From a virus (lineage: Duplodnaviria > Caudoviricetes), in IMG/VR virus record IMGVR_UViG_3300017700_000663, positions 1-62,591 of that record: a DNA stretch of 62,591 bases; one strand, 5' to 3'. A model generated the notes under the pieces. That model made no database searches. It saw only the letters and a list, made by a program, of their open reading frames with translations, and was not told the origin of the DNA. Numbering within the stretch: the first letter of the stretch is position 1; each line of letters begins with the position of its first letter. The position numbers were made by a program, and so were the translations under genes. Positions 45,161-53,166 of this stretch are shown in pieces.

Positions 45161-45610
45161 TCAGGCATCCTTCGACAGGGCCAGCGCGGCCTTGGCCTTC
45201 GGCAGCCATTCGGCGCGCAGCTCGCGCTCCTGACCCATCGTGACGCTTTCCTCGATCGAGATCATGCCGGCCAGCGCCTCCTGCAGCGCCTTGATCTGCT
45301 CCAGTGGTCCGTTGCCCTTGCGCGCCTCCTGACCTTCGTAGGCCGCACGCACATCGTCGACGCTGTTCTTGTCCAGATCGCCCTTCTCGTACAACGTCAG
45401 GCGCAGCATCAGGATATTTAGGGCCGGATCGTTGATCTGGCTGGCGCGCTCGGCGACGTCGTGCAGGAGCCCGCCGAATATGCGGATCGGCGACACCAAT
45501 ATCTCAGCGCCCTTGTTCTTCGTCACCTCTTCCAGAAGGTGGACGGTATGGACCTTCCAGCCGCCGAAGGCCTCTACGCCGTGATGGGTGTGGTGGGTGA
45601 TTTTTGCCAT
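45161..45610 (-). CDS. Hypothetical early protein
   Basis: AAGGAG RBS; 149 aa. Confidence 0.65.
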   Translation of the reverse strand: MAKITHHTHHGVEAFGGWKVHTVHLLEEVTKNKGAEILVSPIRIFGGLLHDVAERASQINDPALNILMLRLTLYEKGDLDKNSVDDVRAAYEGQEARKGNGPLEQIKALQEALAGMISIEESVTMGQERELRAEWLPKAKAALALSKDA

Positions 45611-45613
45611 GGC

Positions 45614-45913
45614 TCAGATCTCCTTGAAGAAAACTTTGGCCTCGACGTCGACGACGCCGCGTACCCGGTGACAGGCGTTTTTCAGAAAGTGCTCGCTGCC
45701 CTTCTGGTTCTGTTGGATGGCGGCCGCATTGCCAGCGCTGTCGACAAGATCCTTTACGATCAGTGTCGACTTGTTCAGCGTGCCGGGCTCGCCCCAGTAG
45801 TGGGCGCGCACCCGACGGGTTTCGCCACGCAGCGTCACCTCGACGGTGCCGTTGGTGAAGCCGTCTTTGCGGCTGGTCTCGATGAAAGATTTCCGGTTGA
45901 CCAGCATGATCAA
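45614..45913 (-). CDS. Hypothetical early protein
   Basis: Coupled ORF; 99 aa. Confidence 0.55.
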   Translation of the reverse strand: MIMLVNRKSFIETSRKDGFTNGTVEVTLRGETRRVRAHYWGEPGTLNKSTLIVKDLVDSAGNAAAIQQNQKGSEHFLKNACHRVRGVVDVEAKVFFKEI

Positions 45914-46128
45914 TACATGTCCCGCTTGTCGTCGCCTTCGTCCTGCAGCATGTCGACGATGTCGGAGATCTGCTGCTCGTCGAGGGCTTCGACGTCGTAG
46001 ATCTGGAATTGATCAGCAGCCAGATTTATCAAGCCTTCGCACATCTTGGTGCTGGCGTGGGCAATACCGGCGCAGGTGAAGAGGATTTCGCCCGCCTTCT
46101 GGATCTGTGTGGTCTGAATGTCGGTCAT
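45910..46128 (-). CDS. Acidic small early protein
   Basis: GGAGA RBS; first gene after the leftward promoter. Confidence 0.6.
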   Translation of the reverse strand: MTDIQTTQIQKAGEILFTCAGIAHASTKMCEGLINLAADQFQIYDVEALDEQQISDIVDMLQDEGDDKRDMY

Positions 46129-46156
46129 TGGGGTCTCCGAGGTGATTTGCCAGTCC

Positions 46157-46197
46157 GGTATACTCCGATAGGCACCTATCCGCAATAGGTATCTATC
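46157..46197 (-). promoter_or_regulatory. Leftward promoter TTGCGG-N17-TATACC with two operator palindromes
   Basis: GATAGGCACCTATC (46167-46180) in the spacer and AATAGGTATCTATC (46184-46197) overlapping the -35. Confidence 0.65.
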
Positions 46198-46346
46198 TCA
46201 GGTAAACACCGAGTTAAGCCGTCCGTTCCAGCGCAACAATCTTGCGCAAGGAGCCCGTTGCAACCCGGCCGGTTTTGGGTCACCGTCCCCGCTGCTGATT
46301 TGCGCCGCGCTGGGCGGCCGATTTCCACATTTGAAGGGTTCTAAAC

Positions 46347-46742
46347 ATGGCTCCTGCTGCTCCCGCCCCCGCTGCGCCTGCCGCCGCGCCCGCCGATGCC
46401 CAGATGCCCGCCGCCGGCGAGGCCCCGGTCGACGGCGCGCTGGAGCAGGATGAAGGCGGCGACGAGTCGACCGCCCTCTGCACCATCATGAACAACGGCG
46501 ACGGCACCTTCACCCTGATCGCCGGCGAGCGCAGCGCCGAGGAGCCCGTCGAGGGCGAAATGACCGCGCCCGAGGGCGAGACCTTCGGCGGCCCGGGCCC
46601 GCTGCTGAAGGCGGTGCTGGACATGATCAAGGCCGCCGAGCAGGACGCCGGTGGCGGTGCCAGCGCCAATTTCAACGCCGGCTTCGAGGGCAAGGCCGCC
46701 CCGGTCGACCAGCAGCAGAAGCAGAAATACCCCACGGCGTAA
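46347..46742 (+). CDS. Acidic low-complexity hypothetical protein
   Basis: GAAGG RBS; phage-like codon usage. Confidence 0.65.
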   Translation: MAPAAPAPAAPAAAPADAQMPAAGEAPVDGALEQDEGGDESTALCTIMNNGDGTFTLIAGERSAEEPVEGEMTAPEGETFGGPGPLLKAVLDMIKAAEQDAGGGASANFNAGFEGKAAPVDQQQKQKYPTA

Positions 46743-46892
46743 CCCGTGGCGTGAAACATTGGCTCCCGGCTGGGGGGCGGCATGGAATGGTTGGGAGACC
46801 AAGTGCCTGAAATGTCTAGATTTCTCGCAGGAATTGCTGCGTCGCAGCAACAAGTTTCGGGTCACGATGGTGACACTGATGGCGGTCAATCC

Positions 46893-47474
46893 GTGACCCC
46901 AAGTTGTGAAACAGTTTCACGTGAAACGCTCCCGTCAGAAGTCCTGAAGAGCTGGACGCCGCCATGCTCGAAGTGTGGTGGCCCCAACGATCGGGCGTCG
47001 ACGCAACGATATTGCGCACCCTGCCACGCGACCTATGTCCGAGAATGGCGGAAAACCAACCCTTTGACAGAGGCCCAGCGGGTGCGGGCCAGAGCCCGGG
47101 CTTATGCCCGGGTCTATCTTGGCCGTGGGCTGCTGGTGCGCCAGCCGTGCAAGTGCGGCAGCCCCGGCGTCGAGATGCACCATGTCGACTATGGTCGCCC
47201 ACTGGATGTGATCTGGCTGTGCCGTGCGTGTCATCTCGACGAGCATCACCCAGACCGGGAGCCCTCGGCGGCGAACGTGCGGGGCCCCCGGGGGCCGTAC
47301 CGCCAGCACCCCGGCAAATGCCGCTGCGGCAAGGATCTCGCCCCCAGCCAGCACAAGTGCCACGGGTGCCGCGCGGCCGCGATGCGCGACCTCCGCAAGC
47401 GCCGCCGCGCCGCGCGCGCCGCCCTTCCGGCATTCGATCCGTCCCAGCCCTACGAGGTGGTCACCGATGCCTGA
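46893..47474 (+). CDS. Multi-zinc-finger / HNH-like protein (start uncertain, 46782 possible)
   Basis: CSKCG, YCAPCH, PCKCG, EMHHVDY..PLDVIWLCRACH..H, CRCG, CHGC. Confidence 0.7.
   Translation: MTPSCETVSRETLPSEVLKSWTPPCSKCGGPNDRASTQRYCAPCHATYVREWRKTNPLTEAQRVRARARAYARVYLGRGLLVRQPCKCGSPGVEMHHVDYGRPLDVIWLCRACHLDEHHPDREPSAANVRGPRGPYRQHPGKCRCGKDLAPSQHKCHGCRAAAMRDLRKRRRAARAALPAFDPSQPYEVVTDA
46914..46927. promoter_or_regulatory. parS consensus core GTTTCACGTGAAAC
   Basis: Perfect 14-bp palindrome equal to the core of the bacterial chromosomal parS; extra GTGAAACA half-sites at about 46906 and 46751. Confidence 0.7.
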
Positions 47475-47835
47475 CGTGACCCCGCCGCCCGACTGCACCT
47501 TCGTCCAGCTGCACGCGCGGTGCGGAAAGCCTGCGTTTTTTTACACCGAGTTCCCGGCCGGCGCGCTGGTCAGCCGCATCGTGCGCAAGCTGGATGGCAG
47601 CCGCATGGAGGCCGCGTCCGAGGTGGTGTGCGGCACCTGCAGCGAGAAAATGCACCCCCTGCTGGCCAACGTCATGCCGGTGCTGCCCAGCACGTTCCCA
47701 GAGTTTGGGGTCATGACGTCGACCCAGCTGGCCGATCTGCGCCACTCCCTGCTGGCCGGGCGTGAGCCCGATCGCGAGCAGCGGGTGGCCGAGATCAAGC
47801 GCCTGATCAAGATCAGGACCGAGGCACCGCGATGA
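47467..47835 (+). CDS. Hypothetical Zn-binding protein
   Basis: GAGG RBS; H.RCG...CGTC. Confidence 0.55.
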   Translation: MPDVTPPPDCTFVQLHARCGKPAFFYTEFPAGALVSRIVRKLDGSRMEAASEVVCGTCSEKMHPLLANVMPVLPSTFPEFGVMTSTQLADLRHSLLAGREPDREQRVAEIKRLIKIRTEAPR

Positions 47836-48017
47836 ACCTACCGCCGCTCGATTCTTTCGTCCCGAAGCGCCCGGGCATGATCAAGATCTGCACCGTGCCA
47901 ATGCAGCTTGGTGTCATCACCCGCCTGCACTGGGTGGCCGGCCGCCTGATCGCCCAGACCAGCAGCGGCGTGGCGTTCATCGTGCCGCCCATGGTCCCGC
48001 CGCCGGTGAAGCGATGA
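47832..48017 (+). CDS. Hypothetical protein
   Basis: ATGA-coupled. Confidence 0.5.
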   Translation: MNLPPLDSFVPKRPGMIKICTVPMQLGVITRLHWVAGRLIAQTSSGVAFIVPPMVPPPVKR

Positions 48018-48171
48018 ACCCGCTCGGCCGCCCGCTGTCGCCCATTGAGATCCGCGCCTTGCGCAGCAGCAAGACCAAGCGCGGTGCGAAATTCAGCATC
48101 AGCGGCAACCGGAAATACCTGAAGGCCGCGCCCATCACCCTGCGCCGGCCGAAGCCGGAGGAGAAAGCCAC

Positions 48172-48684
48172 ATGAGCTATGGGCTGCCCCCGTCGGAAGA
48201 TCTCGCCAAGGATCTGCGCCACTACCGCGATCGCCACATGACCGGCGCGCCGTTCGTCACCATCCCGCGCCAGCTGATCGATGACGCGGTCGAGGTATTG
48301 GACGACGTGCCGACCGAGAGCGGCGACCTGTTCGCCGATGACGACTGCGGCGTCGACCATGACGAGCTGGTCAATGAGGCCCACGCGGAGGCGATCGAGC
48401 GCTGCGCATCACTGGTCGAGGGCGACAAGTATCTGCGCTTCGACATCGCGGCAGAGATCAGAGGCTTGCTCGACGTCGACGCTGTCGCCAGCATCCGCAA
48501 CAAGGCGATCGCCGAGTGTGTCGCCATTGCCGAGGCGCGCAAGGCACAGCGCAGCGACAGCGAGGGCGGCATCGCCGCGTCCGACATGGCCCACGAGATC
48601 GCCGAGGCGCTCAAAGAGCTTCTGCCAGCACCACCCCCGTCACCAGTCCAACCTGCTGAAGCAAAAGCGAAAACATCGAAATGA
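48172..48684 (+). CDS. Hypothetical protein with duplicated AIxxCAxxxE..IAxxI helical motif
   Basis: GGAG RBS; coupled. Confidence 0.6.
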   Translation: MSYGLPPSEDLAKDLRHYRDRHMTGAPFVTIPRQLIDDAVEVLDDVPTESGDLFADDDCGVDHDELVNEAHAEAIERCASLVEGDKYLRFDIAAEIRGLLDVDAVASIRNKAIAECVAIAEARKAQRSDSEGGIAASDMAHEIAEALKELLPAPPPSPVQPAEAKAKTSK

Positions 48685-48923
48685 CCGACGCCGCGTCACC
48701 AGCTTCAGCACCGGCCCGGCGACCGCGTCACATGGCGCGCCTGTTCGACTATCTGCTCGACGGCGAGCCGTTCATCTATCTCGATTTTCGCAACGGCCTG
48801 CTGGAGGCGACGCCATTCGGCGACATCATGCGCGCGCGGCCCGAGGACAAGATTGTCTATGTCGAGAGCCGGGGCTATCGGGACTACATCGCCCGCCGCG
48901 ATGCTGGTAGGTCTGGCGCATGA
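48681..48923 (+). CDS. Hypothetical protein
   Basis: ATGA-coupled at both ends. Confidence 0.55.
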   Translation: MTDAASPASAPARRPRHMARLFDYLLDGEPFIYLDFRNGLLEATPFGDIMRARPEDKIVYVESRGYRDYIARRDAGRSGA

Positions 48924-49840
48924 CCCAAAAACCGCCGCCACCGCCGAAGGCCACTGGTAAGGGGACGCGCAGCGTCGCGCCCAAAAAATCTGCCGCCGCG
49001 CCCGCTGCGCCGCCGGCCGACATCCCGGCAGATGGTCAGCCCACCGTGGTCCCAGCCGTCGCTGCCGATTTCGTCAAGCGTGCGGCCGCGCGCATTCCCG
49101 ACAAACCGCTGCCGCCCAAAAAGCCCAAGGGTGGCGCGCCTAAAACACTGGACGCCATCACGGCAGCATCAGCGCCCGTTCCGCCGCCTCGGTCATCACG
49201 CCGGCGTCAGCCGCTCGCCACGCCCAGCTCTGTCGCCAGCCCACCGCCGCCGCCCGTCACACCAGCAAAGCCCGGCACCTCAAAGCTCGCCACGGCCGAC
49301 CGCATCGCCCTGTTCATCAACGCCTACATCGCCAACGGTCGTAACGGTACGCAGGCCGCCATCACCGCTGGGTACAGCGCAAATTCGGCAGCTGCGCAGG
49401 CTTCTCGCCTGTTAAAGGACAGCAAGATTATTGCGCAGGTCGAGGCCAGATCGGCTGAGATCGCCGCGAAGTTCGCGATCACGCCGGAAAATGTGCTGCG
49501 CGAGCTGTCGCATCTGGTGTTCTTCGACCCCCGCAAATTGCTCAATGACGACGGCTCGCTGAAGGACATGCACGAGCTGGACGACGCCACCGCTGCGGCG
49601 ATCGCTGGGCTCGAAATTACTGAGGAGTTTGATGGGCATGGCGAAAGCCGCGTCCACATCGGCTACTCGAAAAAGGTGAAGATCGCGGACAAAAACTCGG
49701 CGATCGACAAGGCGATGAAGCATCTGGGCATGTTCGACGCTGACAACCGTCAGAAGGCACCGCCCCAGATGAATTTGACCGTGGTGCTGGTGAAGGCTGG
49801 GGCGCAGCCGGGCGACAAGGCGAAGGTGATCAACCAATGA
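48920..49840 (+). CDS. terS: Terminase small subunit with long Pro/Lys-rich N-terminal extension
   Basis: F..AY..NGTQAAITAGYS..SA..QASRLL; FFDPRKL; DK..A.DK..KHLGMF. Confidence 0.9.
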   Translation: MTQKPPPPPKATGKGTRSVAPKKSAAAPAAPPADIPADGQPTVVPAVAADFVKRAAARIPDKPLPPKKPKGGAPKTLDAITAASAPVPPPRSSRRRQPLATPSSVASPPPPPVTPAKPGTSKLATADRIALFINAYIANGRNGTQAAITAGYSANSAAAQASRLLKDSKIIAQVEARSAEIAAKFAITPENVLRELSHLVFFDPRKLLNDDGSLKDMHELDDATAAAIAGLEITEEFDGHGESRVHIGYSKKVKIADKNSAIDKAMKHLGMFDADNRQKAPPQMNLTVVLVKAGAQPGDKAKVINQ

Positions 49841-50184
49841 CCTCGATCTGGAAAGACCCTGTGGTGCGTGAGCTGCTGATTCTGCGCTGGAATGAGGGCG
49901 TGAAGGTGAGCTCGATCGCGGCCGAGATCGCCGAGCTGGCCAAGAAGCCGGTGACCAACAACATGGTGGTCAGCCGGGCCCGGGAATGGCAGCTGCCGGC
50001 GCATGTAAACGCCCCTGCGCAAAAGGAAATTCGCGGCGTGACCCTGCGCCGAGACAGCAAGGGCCGGGTGGTGCCGACGGAGCGCACGCGCGAGCCGGAT
50101 GGAGAGCGGCAGGATCTGCATTACGCCGCCCAGAACGCCAAATTCGTCGAGGCAATGCGCCGGGCTGGCCACCTTGGCCGGTAA
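49837..50184 (+). CDS. GcrA-like N-terminal HTH protein
   Basis: W......L...WNEG...SSIA....VTNNMVVSRAR...LP; lacks the GcrA C-terminal Cys domain. Confidence 0.55.
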   Translation: MTSIWKDPVVRELLILRWNEGVKVSSIAAEIAELAKKPVTNNMVVSRAREWQLPAHVNAPAQKEIRGVTLRRDSKGRVVPTERTREPDGERQDLHYAAQNAKFVEAMRRAGHLGR

Positions 50185-50572
50185 AAAGGCGACCATCACC
50201 TGCAAGGTGTGCGAGGGCGAGCACAGCGGCACCATCTGCACCAAATACAGTGGCGTGCGGGTGGTGGAGCCCGCGCCCAAGGGCAAGATTGGTGTCACGC
50301 AGGTCAAGAAGGCCGTGGCCATGCTGTCTGCGCCAAGCCAGCAGAAGGCCGCTGCGCCGGCGATCATCGACACGTCGGAGCCGCTGCCCATCATCGACGT
50401 CATCGCCGAGCCGGTGGAAAAATCTGCGCCTGTTACGAAATTGGCCAAGCCAAGGGCGTCGAAGCGTGTTACGAAATTGGCCGGGGCAGGTCGCCCCAAA
50501 GTCCATGGGTCGCGCGCTGAGAGGCAGGCGGCCTATCGGGCACGCAAGGCCAAGGGGACCATCGAAAAATGA
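50174..50572 (+). CDS. Basic putative DNA-binding protein (start uncertain)
   Basis: CKVC..H; GRPK...AERQAAYRARK. Confidence 0.55.
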   Translation: MAGKKATITCKVCEGEHSGTICTKYSGVRVVEPAPKGKIGVTQVKKAVAMLSAPSQQKAAAPAIIDTSEPLPIIDVIAEPVEKSAPVTKLAKPRASKRVTKLAGAGRPKVHGSRAERQAAYRARKAKGTIEK

Positions 50573-50853
50573 AAACGAAAGCCGCAACCAACGCCCGCAC
50601 TCGGTCTGGGCGCAAGAGCGTGAAGTCGACCACCGCCGCCAGCGCCGAGTTCGCTGCCGGCTTTTGCCGTGGCGTGACCCCGATCGCGCCCAAGAAGGCA
50701 TGGGCGCTGGTCGATAGCCGTGAGCGCGTGATCGACATCAGCCGGATCTACCACCGCCACACCAAGTGCGGTGGGCGCGGCTCTATCACCGAGGGTTGGC
50801 TGTCCATCCCGGTCATGATCACGCCGATCGTGCGCAAGAAGGGGAAACGCTGA
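50569..50853 (+). CDS. Basic hypothetical protein
   Basis: Coupled at both ends. Confidence 0.5.
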   Translation: MKTKAATNARTRSGRKSVKSTTAASAEFAAGFCRGVTPIAPKKAWALVDSRERVIDISRIYHRHTKCGGRGSITEGWLSIPVMITPIVRKKGKR

Positions 50854-51308
50854 TGCGCCGCCCCTGCTACATCTTCGACATCGACGGCACGCTGGCCGAC
50901 TGCCAGCACCGCATCCACCACATCGAGGGCGACCAGAAGAATTGGCGCGCTTTCTTCGCCGGGTGCGGTGACGACAGGCCGATCCATCACATGCTCCGAC
51001 TGGTGGTCGATCTCCAGAAGACATCGACGCCGATCATCTTCGTCAGCGGCCGCAGCGATGAATGCCGCGACGCCACCATCTCGTGGTTGCTTCGGCAGGG
51101 CATTGAAGTGCCGACACCGACCTTCCGCCTCTACATGCGCCGCGAGGGTGATCATCGCCCCGATGACCTGCTGAAGATCGAGATGCTGGAGCGTGCCCGG
51201 GCCGATGGCTGGGATCCGATCATGGCCTTCGATGATCGCAACCGCGTCGTGGCCGCATGGCGAGCTGCCGGCGTGCCCTGTGCGCAGGTGGCCGAGGGAG
51301 ATTTCTGA
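50853..51308 (+). CDS. HAD phosphatase (T4 PNKP 3'-phosphatase-like domain)
   Basis: FDIDGTLA, SGR, MRREGDHRPD..K, FDDR..VV..WR..G..C.QV. Confidence 0.88.
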   Translation: MRRPCYIFDIDGTLADCQHRIHHIEGDQKNWRAFFAGCGDDRPIHHMLRLVVDLQKTSTPIIFVSGRSDECRDATISWLLRQGIEVPTPTFRLYMRREGDHRPDDLLKIEMLERARADGWDPIMAFDDRNRVVAAWRAAGVPCAQVAEGDF

Positions 51309-51724
51309 TGGCGATGGACGATCACACCGGCAAGGTCCACAGGGTGCCCGAGGGCGTCGACATCCGCGACTATGCCGCACAGATGGGCGCGCGCGACATG
51401 GGCAGGAACGTCTTGAAGCAGATCGGCCAGCTTTGGGGCGCTGCCGTCGAACGCCTCGAGATCCGCAAGCGCGCCATGGAGATGGCTGTCGCTGCTTGCG
51501 GCCCGCAAAACCCGAGTGATGGGCCGGCATCAATCACCGACAAAATCACCCGGGTTGCTGACGGCCTCGAAAAGCACATGCTGAAGGATGCGCCGAGGCA
51601 AGGTGTCGTCGTCGACTGGCCACCGCCAAGTGTGCCCATTACCTGCACCATGACGCCTGCGCCGGGCTGGCGGTTTCGGATTGATCAACGCGGCGTCATC
51701 CACCACGAGAAGGATCCGGGCTGA
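51308..51724 (+). CDS. Hypothetical protein
   Basis: TGATG-coupled. Confidence 0.55.
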   Translation: MAMDDHTGKVHRVPEGVDIRDYAAQMGARDMGRNVLKQIGQLWGAAVERLEIRKRAMEMAVAACGPQNPSDGPASITDKITRVADGLEKHMLKDAPRQGVVVDWPPPSVPITCTMTPAPGWRFRIDQRGVIHHEKDPG

Positions 51725-51957
51725 TGAATTGGCGCATGAAGCTGAAGGTCTGGTGGCGCGGCTGGATGTGGCGTCACTTCGGCCAGCCGTACATGGACAA
51801 GATCTGGTCGCCGGCGGATTGCGGCGACTACGGTCGCATCGTGAGCACCGAGCGCGTGCGCGGCATGACCATGATCTTCACCGAGGACAGGGTCTATGCG
51901 ATCGGTGGCCCCTACGACCTGATGGACCTGCAGATCAACGTGCTGGGGCTTCGCTGA
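51724..51957 (+). CDS. Hypothetical protein
   Basis: TGATG-coupled. Confidence 0.55.
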   Translation: MNWRMKLKVWWRGWMWRHFGQPYMDKIWSPADCGDYGRIVSTERVRGMTMIFTEDRVYAIGGPYDLMDLQINVLGLR

Positions 51958-52177
51958 TGCGTCGCGGCCGAAAATCCCACCCCATGGGGCGCGACAGCGT
52001 CACCCTCGCCCTGCCCGATCGCCCTGACTGCGTGCGCCAGCACGAGTGCAGGTCGCCGTATGCCTGCGGCACGATCCGCCGGTGCGCTGACAGCCTGACC
52101 CCGGCGCAGGACATGCTGCTTTTCGGATATGGCGCGAACGGTGGGGCCGCTGGGCGCTGCCGCAGAGAGGTGACGAC

Positions 52178-52480
52178 ATGAGCAAGACCATGAAGATGGA
52201 CGCTATCGCCCACGACCCCAGCCCCAACATGGCGCGGCCGTCCATTGGCATGGCGAATGGCTCGCAGATCATCTTTTACGGTTTGGACGTCGACATTAGT
52301 GGGGATCTCGACGGCGTGATCTATCTGACGCCCCGGGAACGTGCGCCGTTGCAGCGCGAAATCAACGACGGACGTCGCGCCGTGCTGGAGACGCTTTGCG
52401 CACCGACGCAGGCGCGCGACCACCAGATTATGCTCGACGGCGAGGAAGAGGACTTCCCAGACAGCGACGGTGAAAGCTGA
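52178..52480 (+). CDS. Hypothetical protein
   Basis: GAGGT RBS. Confidence 0.55.
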   Translation: MSKTMKMDAIAHDPSPNMARPSIGMANGSQIIFYGLDVDISGDLDGVIYLTPRERAPLQREINDGRRAVLETLCAPTQARDHQIMLDGEEEDFPDSDGES

Positions 52481-52737
52481 TGTGGCTGATCTCGTACCGC
52501 TATTGCGCCTGCTTCAAGGAAGAAGGAAGGCACAACGTCAGGCGTGGCGCTCCGATCGACACGGTGGAGGTTATCGACACGACGCCGGAGCTTTTCCTGC
52601 TGGAGGCGATTGTCAATGCCGGCAAGATCTCGGCCTCTGATGGTCGAGGTGGTGAGCGCTTCGACAGGATCGAGGTGATCTATTTCGCCCGCGAGATCGA
52701 CGGCCGCATCGGCAAACGGCTTCAAGACCTGATCTGA
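52480..52737 (+). CDS. Hypothetical protein
   Basis: TGATG-coupled. Confidence 0.5.
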   Translation: MWLISYRYCACFKEEGRHNVRRGAPIDTVEVIDTTPELFLLEAIVNAGKISASDGRGGERFDRIEVIYFAREIDGRIGKRLQDLI

Positions 52738-52774
52738 TCCGCGCCGGCGGTATCCGGCATATTGGGAGAGTGCA

Positions 52775-53104
52775 GTGAAGACCGACGAAAACCAGATTGA
52801 AGGCGAGATCCAGTCGAAGGGCCTGAACGCCCCGCGCCTGAACCCCGCGCACATCGACGCCCAGATCAAGGGCGAGCAGTACCATGTGTTCCCCGGCACC
52901 ACGAAAACCGTCTGCGCGCTGATCTTGCGCAATGGCTTCGTGGTGATCGGCAGCAGCGCCGCCGCGTCGCCGGCGAACTTCGACGAGGCCATCGGACGCA
53001 TGATCGCCCGCGACAATGCCCGCAATGAGATCTGGCAGCTGGAAGGCTACCTGCTGCGCGAGCGCCTGTATGAGCGGGAAAACCCCGCCATTACCGGCGG
53101 CTAG
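52775..53104 (+). CDS. N4 Gp49 / Sf6 gp66 family protein (candidate cyclic-nucleotide sponge)
   Basis: T.C.L.LRNGF.V.G.SA.ASP.NFD..IG..IA..NA...IW.LEGYLL. Confidence 0.8.
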   Translation: MKTDENQIEGEIQSKGLNAPRLNPAHIDAQIKGEQYHVFPGTTKTVCALILRNGFVVIGSSAAASPANFDEAIGRMIARDNARNEIWQLEGYLLRERLYERENPAITGG

Positions 53105-53125
53105 GCGTTATCACCCATCACCCGA

Positions 53126-53152
53126 GCCCGGGCGGCTTCCCGGGCATATTTT
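53126..53152 (+). terminator. Intrinsic terminator-like hairpin
   Basis: GCCCGGG-cggctt-CCCGGGC-ATATTTT. Confidence 0.55.
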
Positions 53153-53166
53153 CAGGAGTTACGACA

